DNA of 64,000 nt, taken from NCBI GenBank assembly GCA_044226015.1, contig JBGAHS010000007.1:32001-96000 (forward strand), in the 5' to 3' direction. The position numbers and the translations under genes are program-made. This document shows positions 9,994 to 20,361 of this stretch, one piece after another. Numbering within the stretch: position 1 is the stretch's first letter; each line of letters starts with the position of its first letter. The notes beneath the pieces are model-generated. The model ran no database searches. It saw nothing but the letters and a program-made list of their open reading frames with translations, and had not been told where the DNA came from. Source of the DNA: Candidatus Obscuribacteraceae bacterium (GTDB lineage: Bacteria > Cyanobacteriota > Vampirovibrionia > Obscuribacterales > Obscuribacteraceae).

Positions 9994-10683
9994 GTGATTC
10001 GACTGCAAAACGTCTACAAGGAGTACAACGGCAAGCCAGCCTTGATGGATGTGAATCTGCACATTGGGTTGGGTGAGTTTGCTTTTCTGTGCGGTCCATC
10101 AGGCGCGGGCAAATCGACTCTGATGCGACTGCTCTACAGAGAAGAATTGCCGACGCGCGGTACTGTCACCATAGGTGGTGTCAATATTACAAAGCTGTCT
10201 CGCGGGCAAGTTCCACTTTTGAGACGCCGTTTGGGAATTGTGTTCCAAGACTTTAAGCTGCTGCCCAGGCAGACTGTTTTCGATAACGTTGCATATGTTC
10301 TTCGTGCGCTGGGCGTGGATGAGACGGATGTCCGTCGCCGGGTTAACAGCGCTCTGGCGATAGTCAGTCTCGAAGAAAAGGACAATGAATTTCCTGAAAA
10401 CCTTTCTGGTGGCGAACAGCAGCGTGTTGGTATTGCTAGAGCCGTAGTGAATGGTCCACCCGTGCTGCTTGCAGACGAGCCTACAGGAAACCTTGACCCT
10501 CAGACTTCGCTGGAAATTGTGCAGCTTCTTGAGCGCATCAGCCAACGAGGCACAACAGTTTTGATTTCAAGTCACGATTTGCCAATCATTAATGCGATGC
10601 GCAAGCGCGTGATTACGCTCAACAAAGGTCAACTGATTTCAGATGTTGACAGTGGTGTTTACGAACTGGAGGCCCTAAGGTAA
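9994..10683 (+). CDS. ftsE: Cell division ATP-binding protein FtsE
   Basis: GPSGAGKST, IVFQDFKLL, LSGGEQQRV, ADEPTGNLD; followed by ftsX. Confidence 0.95.
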   Translation: MIRLQNVYKEYNGKPALMDVNLHIGLGEFAFLCGPSGAGKSTLMRLLYREELPTRGTVTIGGVNITKLSRGQVPLLRRRLGIVFQDFKLLPRQTVFDNVAYVLRALGVDETDVRRRVNSALAIVSLEEKDNEFPENLSGGEQQRVGIARAVVNGPPVLLADEPTGNLDPQTSLEIVQLLERISQRGTTVLISSHDLPIINAMRKRVITLNKGQLISDVDSGVYELEALR

Positions 10684-10686
10684 GCC

Positions 10687-11556
10687 ATGCGCACCCTCAG
10701 AATCTTTTTTCGTGTGTTGCGAGAAACCACTATAGGACTTCGACGAAGTGGCTGGTCTAACTGGCTCGTGATAAGCATTCTTGCTGTGGCACTCACCATA
10801 TTTGGTGGCGTTCTGCAAACGACTATGGCTATTAAAGACCTGGTCTCTTCCTGGGGCTCTCAGCTTGAGATTTCTGCTTACCTGAAGGAAGGCTTCGAGC
10901 CCCAGAAGGTCGCAAAGGTTGTAAGCCAGATGCCCGATGTGCAGCTGGTCGAAATAGTTCCAAAAGAAGTTGCCTGGGCTGAAATGCAAAGCAACTACAA
11001 AGTGGCGGCCCTCAGTAACCCTCTGCCAAACACACTTCACGTGAAACTATCTAACGTAGCTGCTGTTGAGAAAATCGCGGACAAACTTAAGCTTCTGAGT
11101 TCTATCGAACACATTCGTTTTCCGCTAAAGGTTGCTAGAAACCTCAACAAGGTAAGGCAATTCCTGGAAATCGCAGGTTTCGTGATTACAGGCGCACTTT
11201 CTGCTGCCACGCTTATCGTAATTGGTAATACGATTCACCTGGTTATTCAATCAAGACAACGCGAAATTGAGATTCTCAGCCTCACAGGTGTGAGCCCCTG
11301 GTATATCAAGGGACCCCTGATTCTTCAAGGTGCGAGTTATGGTTGTGCCGCAGCAATTATTGCCGGTTCCTTGCTCTTCGGACTGCACAGTTATATGGAT
11401 CCCTACCTGCACGAACAGCTCGTAAGCTTCTTGCCAATGAATGGGGTAGCTACTGATGTTAACTTGCTTCCTACATTTATCGTAGTGCTTACACTCGGTG
11501 TGGCGGTAGGTGCTGGCGGTTCCGCCTGGACCTCGGGCAAGTACATCAAAATCTAG
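10687..11556 (+). CDS. ftsX: Cell division permease FtsX
   Basis: NPLPNTL, IGNTIHLVIQSRQREIEI…G…I.GP motifs; four TM segments. Confidence 0.92.
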   Translation: MRTLRIFFRVLRETTIGLRRSGWSNWLVISILAVALTIFGGVLQTTMAIKDLVSSWGSQLEISAYLKEGFEPQKVAKVVSQMPDVQLVEIVPKEVAWAEMQSNYKVAALSNPLPNTLHVKLSNVAAVEKIADKLKLLSSIEHIRFPLKVARNLNKVRQFLEIAGFVITGALSAATLIVIGNTIHLVIQSRQREIEILSLTGVSPWYIKGPLILQGASYGCAAAIIAGSLLFGLHSYMDPYLHEQLVSFLPMNGVATDVNLLPTFIVVLTLGVAVGAGGSAWTSGKYIKI

Positions 11557-11743
11557 CAGTTGCATTAGCACAGGCTGACCATCCGTCGTCAATCATAAGA
11601 TTGCCACGAGCCTGCTGATGACTTCTATGTGGAAGCTTTATCATTCCGCGGGCTTTGAGTCTGAGAGCTAACAGGCAAGAAAGAATCAGGACTTTCGCTT
11701 TATGCTGGAAGCCATTTCAGTTCTTGCGATTGCGTGTTTGGTT

Positions 11744-12334
11744 CTACTTTGCGCCTGGCTCTTGAACTGTCATTTTTACGATTTTGTCGCCATCGCGCAA
11801 TGCATTGAGTGTTGGCATTCCGTCGATGACTGTTCCAAATACAGGGTCTTGATAGTCTAGCTTTGGCTGAGCACTCAGGCAAATATAGAACTGGCAACTC
11901 GCGGAGTTTGGATCAGACGTTCTTGCCATAGAGACAGAGCCAAGGTTGTGCGTTAAGCTCGACTTCATTTCCAGTGGAATCTTTCTTTCTTGATGCGTAG
12001 ATGGATCCACATAAACACCAGTACCAGTGCCCTGAGGGTCTCCACCCTGAATTAAGAATCCAGGAACATAGCGATGAAATTTGATGCCGTTATAAAAGCC
12101 TTTCTGCACCAGGTCAATAAAGTTTGCCACCGTAATTGGTGTCTCTTTTCGGTTGAGTGAAAACTTTATAGGTCCCTTGCTTGTCTCCATCGTAACAACG
12201 GGCTCATTTGTCGGACCCGGCTTCTTCGGAGTCAAAGCATTTGCTCCAGAACTATTTGCTAATGCCAGCAAGAGTCCCAAAGCAGCGACTTTTCGCAGAT
12301 TGAAATTGAATGCTCTATTTCTGGACACGTTCAT
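11744..12334 (-). CDS. Secreted cyclophilin-type peptidyl-prolyl isomerase
   Basis: Signal peptide; TVANF…GFYNGIKFHR…IQGGDP…MART..PNSASCQFYI. Confidence 0.93.
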   Translation of the reverse strand: MNVSRNRAFNFNLRKVAALGLLLALANSSGANALTPKKPGPTNEPVVTMETSKGPIKFSLNRKETPITVANFIDLVQKGFYNGIKFHRYVPGFLIQGGDPQGTGTGVYVDPSTHQERKIPLEMKSSLTHNLGSVSMARTSDPNSASCQFYICLSAQPKLDYQDPVFGTVIDGMPTLNALRDGDKIVKMTVQEPGAK

Positions 12335-12340
12335 TCCTCG

Positions 12341-13468
12341 CTACTCACCTTTTATTTGAATGCGTCGTTCTTTTTCTTGAGAGTTGATCATATCTTTGAT
12401 CGAGTTATCACTTGGGTCGCCATGTCCGTAAGTGCGAGCCTGCTTTTTATCTGCTTCAGCACTCGCTTTCTTGCTTTCAGACTGATTCACCATTGGTTTC
12501 TGGAACGTACCTTTGCCAGCCGGTGCAACGATGTCTATTGTTCCTACCGGAACTCCCTGAGGATAGGTCTGAATTGGAATGGAAATCTTATCGAAGCTGA
12601 ATTCGTCGCCAGGAAAAAATAGAATTCCGTCGGTGTCTTCGCCCGGCAATATTATTCGTTTTCCGAGCCTTCTGTCCTCAAGCCTTCTGCGCGTTTCGTT
12701 TACACCATACGAAACTGGAAAATCCTTTTTCGAAGTGGAAAAATGATCTTGCAGAATTGGCTCAGCAAGCCCTAATGTTCCAAGTGCTGCGGCTCCGAGC
12801 GCAAGCTTCTGATTCTTCGTATACATGCCACCAGACACCGCCATAGCGCGGTCTTCCGACATGACTCCCAATGCTTTTCCATCTTTCAATGAAGCGGCTT
12901 TTTCAGCATCGACTATTATCGCTGCTGAACTATCATTCTTGATGCGAACCTGCACACCAGTGCAATCGAGGCACGGTTTGTTGTAGGTCAATTCGTCCAC
13001 GAATTGCAAAAACTCTCCTGACGGTCCTTTCAAATTCACATTGGTTTGAGGTGGTGCCGCAAACTGATCAACCCCTAAAGGCAAAGTATCTGGTGGCAAC
13101 AGCTTTTGCGACGGACCAGAGGGTGTGCCAGCTCCAGGAACGCGCTGGTCAGGTGGCGAATTTTGCGGTATAGAAAGGTCTGGACTTAAGGGCGGTGCAT
13201 TCAACTCGGCAGGCGCCGTCTGAAATGGTGTTGATACACCTGGCGTGTAAGGTGCTGGCGGTAGCCTCAACGAAGGCTCACTCTCTGCACTGTTTGCGTT
13301 GTTGTTGACTGCAGAAGTTCCCGGGTTCGGATTTTGCGACTGGGGTGCCGCTGGGTTTCCGGTCGTCGGGTTGGCATTGATTGCCGGGTCTATGACGCCG
13401 CCGGTATTTTGGGCCAGTGACTGCGCACTAGCCGATGCCGAATATAGAAGGACAATGCCCACGAGCAC
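12341..13468 (-). CDS. Hypothetical exported Pro-rich protein (start uncertain)
   Basis: Hydrophobic VLVGIVLLYSASASA-Q signal-like segment. The ORF track extends the frame to 13600 across the tRNA; the first GTG downstream of the tRNA is used here and is approximate. Confidence 0.6.
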   Translation of the reverse strand: MLVGIVLLYSASASAQSLAQNTGGVIDPAINANPTTGNPAAPQSQNPNPGTSAVNNNANSAESEPSLRLPPAPYTPGVSTPFQTAPAELNAPPLSPDLSIPQNSPPDQRVPGAGTPSGPSQKLLPPDTLPLGVDQFAAPPQTNVNLKGPSGEFLQFVDELTYNKPCLDCTGVQVRIKNDSSAAIIVDAEKAASLKDGKALGVMSEDRAMAVSGGMYTKNQKLALGAAALGTLGLAEPILQDHFSTSKKDFPVSYGVNETRRRLEDRRLGKRIILPGEDTDGILFFPGDEFSFDKISIPIQTYPQGVPVGTIDIVAPAGKGTFQKPMVNQSESKKASAEADKKQARTYGHGDPSDNSIKDMINSQEKERRIQIKGE

Positions 13469-13482
13469 TGAACAGAAAAAAT

Positions 13483-13554
13483 TGGCTCCGACAGGATTCG
13501 AACCTGTAACCAGGCGATTATGAGTCGCTCGCTCCACCCTTGAGCTACGGAGCC
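13483..13554 (-). tRNA. tRNA with CAT anticodon (elongator Met or Ile2); CCA not encoded
   Basis: GGCTCCG/CGGAGCC acceptor stem, GCTC/GAGC D-arm, CTCATAA anticodon loop, ACAGG-TTCGAAT-CCTGT T-arm; G1-C72 pairing argues against fMet. Confidence 0.92.
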
Positions 13555-13614
13555 ATCTGTGCTCTGGATTTTTCATTCTATACCAAACGAGCTTTGCCAT
13601 GTTTACCTGTTGCG

Positions 13615-14970
13615 TTATTTGACTTGAGCAACCGGCTGCATGTACCTCTCTATGAAGTCTGTGGATATGTCACCTTTTTGAAACATTGGATGTGAAAGGA
13701 CTTTTTGATGGAATGGAATCGTTGTGTGAATTCCACCGATCGCATACTCGTCAAGTGCGCGCTGCATTCTTTGTATAGCTTCCTGACGTGTTGCTCCCCA
13801 GCAAATGAGCTTGCTCAGCAATGAATCGTAGTTCGGAGGAATACTGTAGCCCGGGTAACAATGGCTGTCTACACGCACTCCGGGTCCGCCTGGCGCCATA
13901 TAAGCATCTATGCGACCAGGGCTTGGCAAAAAGTTACGTTCAGGATCTTCTGCGTTGATTCTGCATTCGATCGCGTGACCACGGAAAGTTACTTCTTCTT
14001 GAGTCAGAGAAAGTTTGTGCCCTGCAGCAACTCTGATTTGTTCTTTTATCAGGTCAAATCCTGAAATCATTTCGGTTACAGGGTGCTCTACTTGAATTCG
14101 GGTGTTCATTTCCATGAAGTAGAACTTGTTTTCTGCGAATATGAATTCGACAGTTCCAGCTCCCTCATAACCAATATTGTGAGCTGCTTGAACAGCTGCC
14201 TCCCCCATTTTTGCACGTATTTCTGGAGTCAGGGCTGGGCTCGGTGCCTCTTCAATGAGCTTCTGGTGTCTTCTCTGAATTGAACAATCTCTCTCCCCAA
14301 AATGGATGACATTGCCGTGAGAGTCTGCCATAACCTGAATTTCAATATGGCGAATAGGCTTAAGGTATTTCTCGATGTAGACTCCAGCGTTTCCGAAAGC
14401 TGCAGCTGCTTCTGACCCAGCTGCTGTTAGCGCCCGGGAAAGCTCTGCCGCATCACGAGCTACGCGCATTCCTTTTCCGCCACCACCGGCAGTGGCTTTG
14501 ATAATTACTGGGAAACCGATTTCTTCAGCGATTATGAACGCTTCTCGTTCGTCTTCTACAAGCCCCTCTGTGCCTGGAACAATTGGCACATTGGCTCGGC
14601 GCATGATGTCTCGGGCTGTCGATTTATCGCCCATGCTGTTCAATGCATACACAGATGGTCCGATGAATTTGACTCTATGGTCTGCACAAATCTGAGCAAA
14701 ATTGGCGTTTTCTGCAAGGAAACCATAACCCGGGTGAATCGCATCTGCGCCAGTGACAACAGCGGTACTGATGAGCGCTGGTATGTGCAGGTAGCTGCGA
14801 TTTGCTGGTGCCGGTCCGATGCAAAATGCTTCATCAGCAAGCTTTACGTGAAGCGACTCTGAGTCAGCTTGCGAATAAACAGCAACGGTTCGAATACCCA
14901 TTTCGCGGCAAGCTCTGATGACTCGAAGGGCGATTTCACCGCGGTTTGCAATAAGTACTTTCTCAAACAC
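13615..14970 (-). CDS. accC: Acetyl-CoA carboxylase biotin carboxylase subunit
   Basis: [54 protein letters not shown]. Confidence 0.97.
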   Translation of the reverse strand: MFEKVLIANRGEIALRVIRACREMGIRTVAVYSQADSESLHVKLADEAFCIGPAPANRSYLHIPALISTAVVTGADAIHPGYGFLAENANFAQICADHRVKFIGPSVYALNSMGDKSTARDIMRRANVPIVPGTEGLVEDEREAFIIAEEIGFPVIIKATAGGGGKGMRVARDAAELSRALTAAGSEAAAAFGNAGVYIEKYLKPIRHIEIQVMADSHGNVIHFGERDCSIQRRHQKLIEEAPSPALTPEIRAKMGEAAVQAAHNIGYEGAGTVEFIFAENKFYFMEMNTRIQVEHPVTEMISGFDLIKEQIRVAAGHKLSLTQEEVTFRGHAIECRINAEDPERNFLPSPGRIDAYMAPGGPGVRVDSHCYPGYSIPPNYDSLLSKLICWGATRQEAIQRMQRALDEYAIGGIHTTIPFHQKVLSHPMFQKGDISTDFIERYMQPVAQVK

Positions 14971-15014
14971 TTTTTTACTCCCTGTGCGTTAAATCGCACT
15001 GGCAACGACCGAGA

Positions 15015-15506
15015 CTAGACCTTGGGATTCACCATGAACAGTGTCTGTCCATACTCAACAGTGGTGCCGTTTTCAACACAAACTTTAACTACGCGTCCAG
15101 AAATTTCAGCTGGCAGGTCATTCATCAATTTCATTGCTTCGATGATGCACACTGTCTGTCCTGGTGATACCACATCACCAACTGAGACAAAAGGCGGCGC
15201 TGTCGGTGAAGAAGCGCGGTAGAAGGTTCCAACCATTGGAGATGTGATTGGAAGAAGTCCTTTTCCATTGCTTTCATCTTCTGTGGACTTTGCCGCAGCT
15301 GTCGACTGAGACGCTGGCTCATGTGCTGGTGCCTGTGGCGCTACAATTCTGCTCGTTGTCATCGGAATTTCGACAGTAGAAGCAACTAATGTCTTTTCCT
15401 TTTTGATCGTGATCTTTTCTTCGCCTGATTCGATTGAAAGCTCTGTAATGTCCTTCTCTCCAACCATTTCGAGAAGATGCTTGATTTTATCGAGATCGAT
15501 ATCCAC
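15015..15506 (-). CDS. accB: Biotin carboxyl carrier protein
   Basis: SPMVGTFY and EAMKLMN biotinylation motif. Confidence 0.96.
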   Translation of the reverse strand: MDIDLDKIKHLLEMVGEKDITELSIESGEEKITIKKEKTLVASTVEIPMTTSRIVAPQAPAHEPASQSTAAAKSTEDESNGKGLLPITSPMVGTFYRASSPTAPPFVSVGDVVSPGQTVCIIEAMKLMNDLPAEISGRVVKVCVENGTTVEYGQTLFMVNPKV

Positions 15507-15541
15507 CGACTTGCCTCACCTTGATTGTAATTACTGCAGAC

Positions 15542-16108
15542 TTAGTTAACTCTCGCTAGATACTTGCGGCTGCGAGTATCAACTCTGATTTTTTCTCCAA
15601 CTTTGATGTGGAAAGGAACGGTGATGATCGCGCCAGTTTCGAGCGTGGCTGGTTTGCCGCCACCAGAGCTGGTATCACCTCTTTCATCAGGTGCTGTTTC
15701 GGAAATGTCTAGTTCAACGGTGTTTGGCAAATCGATACCGATAACATTGCCGTCAAACTTCATAACCGTGATGCCTTCGAGTCCTTCTTTCATGAACTCT
15801 CTTACGCTTCCGATCTGATCGCCTCTGACTTCGATTTGCTCGTATGACTGTTTGTCCATCAATGTGTAGGTGTCATCACCTGTCTTGAAAAGATATTGCA
15901 TTTCGGTCTTTTCAATGTTTGCTGTAGGAACTTTTTCTGCCGCGCGGAAAGTTTGTTCAAGAACGTTGCCAGTTTCTACATTCTTCATCTTGGTACGAAC
16001 GAATGCTGCGCCCTTACCAGGTTTAACGTGCATCGCCTCAACAATTTGCCAAATGCCATTGTTGTACAGAATAGTCACACCTGGGCGAAAGTCGTTACTC
16101 GAAATCAT
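15542..16108 (-). CDS. efp: Elongation factor P
   Basis: HVKPGKGAAFVRTK, GDTSSGGGKPATLETG. Confidence 0.97.
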   Translation of the reverse strand: MISSNDFRPGVTILYNNGIWQIVEAMHVKPGKGAAFVRTKMKNVETGNVLEQTFRAAEKVPTANIEKTEMQYLFKTGDDTYTLMDKQSYEQIEVRGDQIGSVREFMKEGLEGITVMKFDGNVIGIDLPNTVELDISETAPDERGDTSSGGGKPATLETGAIITVPFHIKVGEKIRVDTRSRKYLARVN

Positions 16109-16249
16109 ATCTGCTTAATCCTCTCAAATTTCCGTCCGAGTCGTTCTTTTAAATCGGACGCCAAGAAGCTGGCTATATTGCCGGCCAGCAGTGATTCTAG
16201 CATTCTGCTTCTGCCAGCACTGGAAGAGCAGCGATTCTAATCTAAAAAA

Positions 16250-16750
16250 TTAACGCTGCAAATCGGGTGATTCACTTGCTGACAGCTCTTTAACGGTTTG
16301 AACGGCTGGGGGCGAGAGATTCGCAGCGACGCCGAAGAGCGTGTATGTAAAAGCAATAATGAATTTGTAAAGTACTTCGCTGGGCAGGGAAATCTGGCAG
16401 ATTTGCATGAGAGCACTAATGATCAGAATGTTGCCGAGAGCCAGCGATGCAATTCTTACAATCCCATCATATTTTATGGACACCGAGAGAGTCCGCGCCA
16501 AGATTAATCCGGGCACACTAAAGCCAAGGACAACTAGAATCGCAAGCAGCCAATTTGTAGGAACCAGTAGTACATAAAAGAAAAGAGGTAGTAGATAGGC
16601 TCCAACGGTTAGGCGTCGCTTGAAATCTTTGCTCTCAAGTTTGAAATTATCTATGCCTTCAAAAGAGCGTGAGATTCCACGAACGTAAATTGTGTTTTCA
16701 GTCAAAATGCAATTGAATTGATTTTGCTGCTTTGCCAATTGACCCGTCAT
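16250..16750 (-). CDS. DUF1189-like membrane protein, probably 5'-truncated
   Basis: Short soluble part followed by about four TM helices (…YDGIVRIASLA…); shorter than expected for the family, with no N-terminal TM and no obvious RBS. Confidence 0.4.
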   Translation of the reverse strand: MTGQLAKQQNQFNCILTENTIYVRGISRSFEGIDNFKLESKDFKRRLTVGAYLLPLFFYVLLVPTNWLLAILVVLGFSVPGLILARTLSVSIKYDGIVRIASLALGNILIISALMQICQISLPSEVLYKFIIAFTYTLFGVAANLSPPAVQTVKELSASESPDLQR

Positions 16751-16781
16751 GTCGAAAGCCAGAAGGAAAAGTCCAGCAGGC

Positions 16782-17480
16782 TTAGTATTCTTTGTTGACT
16801 TTTTCGTAGTCGCCTTTGAGCCAGCTATAGCCGGGGTTTACGTTGGTGCCAGCGATGTATTCAGCTTCAAAGCTAACCTGCTGCCTTTCGGATTTTGAAG
16901 GAAAAGTCAGCCCCGGGTTGCCGTTTATGTCGTCGAAAACTGTGGTGATAGAACGGCGGAAAGCCGAGTCGCCAGTGCAGTTCATGAATTCTGCTCTGAT
17001 TTCGCGATTTCTCCAAACTGTAATTTTCATGACCGCACGACCTGGAGAGTTAGCTCTCTGGTTCCAAACATTGTAGATGGCCGCAGCCAGCTGTTTATGC
17101 CATTTTTCCCAGGCAAGCACTAGTTCGCGAGAGCCTTTGTCTGCTCCGATGTCGAAACCTTTGGGTAGCCTTGCAAAATCGTCTGATTGAACAGCGCTGC
17201 TTTTTAATTGACCGTCATCAACTTTTCCTGCAAGCGGCGCGCTGGCAAATGCATTGCCATCCACTACTGGAGCGCGGTCGAGCGAAGGTTGCATGGTCTG
17301 TTCTGGGGCGCGTCCTATTCTGTTCTGCTGTTTGTGAATGCGGAAATCTTCTGTTTCAATTCTTCCTTCAAGCGTCTGCGCCACTACCTTTGGTGGCACA
17401 GCTGCGCTGGCTAGTGAAATCAGCATTGCGACAGCCCAGAACAGTCGAGGCAAATTTTGTTTCTTTATGCTTCCAGACAT
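16782..17480 (-). CDS. Hypothetical exported protein (C-terminus TonB-C-like)
   Basis: Signal peptide; WHKQLAAAIYNVW…ITVWRN…LTFP pattern; starts 1 bp after the upstream TPR gene. Confidence 0.6.
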   Translation of the reverse strand: MSGSIKKQNLPRLFWAVAMLISLASAAVPPKVVAQTLEGRIETEDFRIHKQQNRIGRAPEQTMQPSLDRAPVVDGNAFASAPLAGKVDDGQLKSSAVQSDDFARLPKGFDIGADKGSRELVLAWEKWHKQLAAAIYNVWNQRANSPGRAVMKITVWRNREIRAEFMNCTGDSAFRRSITTVFDDINGNPGLTFPSKSERQQVSFEAEYIAGTNVNPGYSWLKGDYEKVNKEY

Positions 17481-17481
17481 T

Positions 17482-18933
17482 CTAATATCCGCCCATCATC
17501 AAACCATAAAGTCCGCCGTACATAGCGCCGCGCATTGCACCTTTGCTCATTCCACCAGGCATACTTCTGTTAGACATAGCACCCATCGCTGCACCAGCCA
17601 GGCTGGAGGTCACTGCACGTTTTAGACGCGTAGAGCCTGGTGCTGTTCCCAAAAACATCGGAACTCCTCCGTTCAGCCCAGGATAGCCCGTTCCTCCAAA
17701 GGAAAATCCCCTTGGTAATCCGTATCCAGATGACACAGATCCAATCATCACACTTCCGGCGTTACGGCGCAAGTAGTCCTCCACTGCCCCAATGTCTGAT
17801 GCGCTGGCCGTCTTGCTAGAGCCATCTGCAGGTAATCCTACAAATGGTGTGACATCGTTACTGCCACCACCGGCGCCGCCAGCTCCAGGAGCTGATGCTG
17901 TTTGTTTCTCGTCCATTTGAGATTGCAGGTCGCTCATCGATTTGACGTAGAGGTCGTTTTTGGGGTCAAGGCTTGCTGCTGCTCTGAGGTGTTTAATAGC
18001 TTCAGCTTCTTTGCCTTTTCCTCTAAATGCCTGTCCCAGAGCGAATTGTGTATTTGCATCATAAGGGTTCTTCTTGGACAGGTACGACAGCTTTTCTATA
18101 GCGTCGTCAAAATTTCCTTTTTTATACGCAGCAGCTGCTTCTGCTGCTATTGTTCTGTCTGCCGCAGTAATAGGCGCTCCGGCTGGCGGAGCTGATGGGG
18201 GCATCGAGCTGGCACTTGAATCGTGTGCCGCGGGCGCCTTAGCTGTTTGTTGTGACTTCAATTTAGATTGAACCGCCGAAAGCGCATCGCGAAGCTCTAA
18301 ATCGCTTGGGTCGCCTTTCAGAGCAGCCGAGTAATAGCGCTGCGCTGCATTCAGATCGCCCTTGCTTTCTGCTATGGCACCCAAATTGTAGTTTGCATCA
18401 ACGTTGCGAAAATCGATTGCTAGAACTTTCAAAAAGGCTTTTTCGGCGTCGGCTGTTTTGCCTGCGGAATAATCTGACATCGCCTGTCTGAGAATTCCCT
18501 TGATTCTATCCTCATTGCCAGCCGGCAGTGGAGCATCAATATCTCGGCTGACCGCCCTGCTTGCAACATCTGCGCTGTCAGGAGCCTGTTTCGGTTCTGG
18601 TGCGAATTCTGAGCGGTCTAAGGTCGGTGCTTCAGGTGGGAAGTATTTTGATGCGGTTTTGCCGCTCATAACTCCATCAATCTCCGCAACTCTCTGTGCA
18701 GTACTTGTGTTTTTTCCAGCCACTTTGCCAAAGAGCTGCTTTTCGACTTTTTGTAGCCGTTTGTCAATGGATGAACCAGTATCGGCTTTTCCGAAAAGGG
18801 TTTCTTCGTACTCAGTGAGTTTCTGATAGACGCTGGTTCCGCTTTGAGCGAATGCCGGTGTCAGCAAAGAGGAAAGCGCTATCGTGATGGCCAGGCAGGC
18901 GCTCAATCTAGAATCTTTTTTGTACGTGGCCAT
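17482..18933 (-). CDS. Exported tetratricopeptide-repeat protein
   Basis: Signal peptide ending AFA-Q; TPR motifs (ANYNLGAIAE…, TQFALGQAFR…); GGAG before ATG 18933. Confidence 0.8.
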   Translation of the reverse strand: MATYKKDSRLSACLAITIALSSLLTPAFAQSGTSVYQKLTEYEETLFGKADTGSSIDKRLQKVEKQLFGKVAGKNTSTAQRVAEIDGVMSGKTASKYFPPEAPTLDRSEFAPEPKQAPDSADVASRAVSRDIDAPLPAGNEDRIKGILRQAMSDYSAGKTADAEKAFLKVLAIDFRNVDANYNLGAIAESKGDLNAAQRYYSAALKGDPSDLELRDALSAVQSKLKSQQTAKAPAAHDSSASSMPPSAPPAGAPITAADRTIAAEAAAAYKKGNFDDAIEKLSYLSKKNPYDANTQFALGQAFRGKGKEAEAIKHLRAAASLDPKNDLYVKSMSDLQSQMDEKQTASAPGAGGAGGGSNDVTPFVGLPADGSSKTASASDIGAVEDYLRRNAGSVMIGSVSSGYGLPRGFSFGGTGYPGLNGGVPMFLGTAPGSTRLKRAVTSSLAGAAMGAMSNRSMPGGMSKGAMRGAMYGGLYGLMMGGY

Positions 18934-19613
18934 GCTGCTGACTCCATGTTCGCGGAAACTGCGGGAACTGTGCCGGGACTCAACTCTCAACTCTTTTGAT
19001 CGACGATTGACGGTCGACACTGTTCCTCGATATCGCAGAGCTGAGTGTAATTAATATATGCCCGGAAAGGTCCTCTAAAATGTATTCTAATTCCACTTGA
19101 TAAAATCGCGAAATCTTTGAAGCAACCGTTTCCTAACACTTAACGAAACAGCCTTGAGGCTAAGAATTTGTCCCCGAATGTCGCCATTTTTCGACTTTAT
19201 AATCAAAAATCAGGCAGCTGGCTGTGGGACTATTGACGGACCTCTATGCGAAGACGGCAAGTGGATCCATAAAAATTTTCAGAACGTAGCATTTTCGAAT
19301 TGACCACATCCGGCTCCGTACACAAGTGACTGAAACCTGTCGGCGTGATTTAGTCCGGCATGCGTGCAGGGGTCTGGTGCATCAGTTGGCGAGACCGGGC
19401 AGACCAAGTCTGGCATGCCTGGATGGATCCGGCGTACCAGTCCAAGAGTTCGTTAAATCTTTCAGGCGTGAGCAAGTCCGGATAGCTCGATTCGGAAAAT
19501 CTAAAGTGAGACAGGAACACTCTTGGCTCAAATGTGGAGCGAGAGTTCTCACGCTGGCTATTAAATTGGAAATCGGCGAAGATGATTTTGTAGCCGTTTG
19601 TGGAGGGTGGTCG

Positions 19614-20090
19614 ATGTTTGGACGTGGACCTGGACGAGGAAAGGGGCGGTTTATGGGTGGTGGACCTGGAAGGCACTGGCTTGAGGATACTTCAATGCTT
19701 CTTCAGGGCATAGAGCTCAGCGATGAGCAGCTCGAGAAAATGGCGGACTTGAGGCATCGTGGTTTCTCAAAAATGGGGCATGCTCGTGTTGATATGATGG
19801 AGCTGCGTCAGCAGCTGTTGCGAGAGTTAGGAAAGGAAACGCTCGACAAATCGCAGATAAATGCTCTGAAAGCAAAAATAAAAGAGCACAAATCTCAAAT
19901 AACAGACTTGATGATTGATCAGATGACTGAATTTGCTGAGATTTTGACGCCAGAGCAGCGAAAGAAGATTCGCTTACGCAAGATAAGACATTTCATGGGT
20001 GCAGGTGAGGAACACGAGCACAGTCACTGGGCGGCTCACGAGGGTCCGCCGCCGCCTCCGCCGCAGCACGAACATCGCCCGCGATTCTAA
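19614..20090 (+). CDS. Spy/CpxP-family (LTXXQ) helical chaperone-like protein
   Basis: LSDEQ and ILTPEQRKK motifs; GGAGG RBS before ATG 19614; His/Pro-rich tail. Confidence 0.8.
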   Translation: MFGRGPGRGKGRFMGGGPGRHWLEDTSMLLQGIELSDEQLEKMADLRHRGFSKMGHARVDMMELRQQLLRELGKETLDKSQINALKAKIKEHKSQITDLMIDQMTEFAEILTPEQRKKIRLRKIRHFMGAGEEHEHSHWAAHEGPPPPPPQHEHRPRF

Positions 20091-20094
20091 AAGA

Positions 20095-20126
20095 CAAAGA
20101 AGGGATGGCGAGCCATCCCTTCTTTG
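20095..20126. terminator. Strong hairpin between convergent genes
   Basis: CAAAGAAGGGATGG / CCATCCCTTCTTTG 14-bp perfect stem. Confidence 0.8.
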
Positions 20127-20151
20127 CTGTGGTTGGGTTGTGCAGGTAAAA

Positions 20152-20361
20152 CTACCACTTGCTGAGTGCGTATGGAGCTTCTTCGTCAATTAGCTCTCCG
20201 AATACGTCGTTCAAGCAAGAAAAATCTTTGTTGGGCTCTGTTTGGGACTGACTGCTTACATCACTACCCTGTGGACGTTTAACAACTGGCATCGGGGGTG
20301 GTGGCGCTACGTTCTCCTTTGAACTCTGCGCAAAAGAAAATCTCTGAAGTAAGCTGAACAT
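20152..20361 (-). CDS. Small hypothetical protein (69 aa)
   Basis: GAGGA RBS before ATG 20361; ends just before the hairpin. Confidence 0.5.
   Translation of the reverse strand: MFSLLQRFSFAQSSKENVAPPPPMPVVKRPQGSDVSSQSQTEPNKDFSCLNDVFGELIDEEAPYALSKW

Noticed and set aside
19326..19613. N-terminal extension of the Spy-like ORF
   Set aside because: Atypical composition, and a strong GGAGG RBS precedes ATG 19614.
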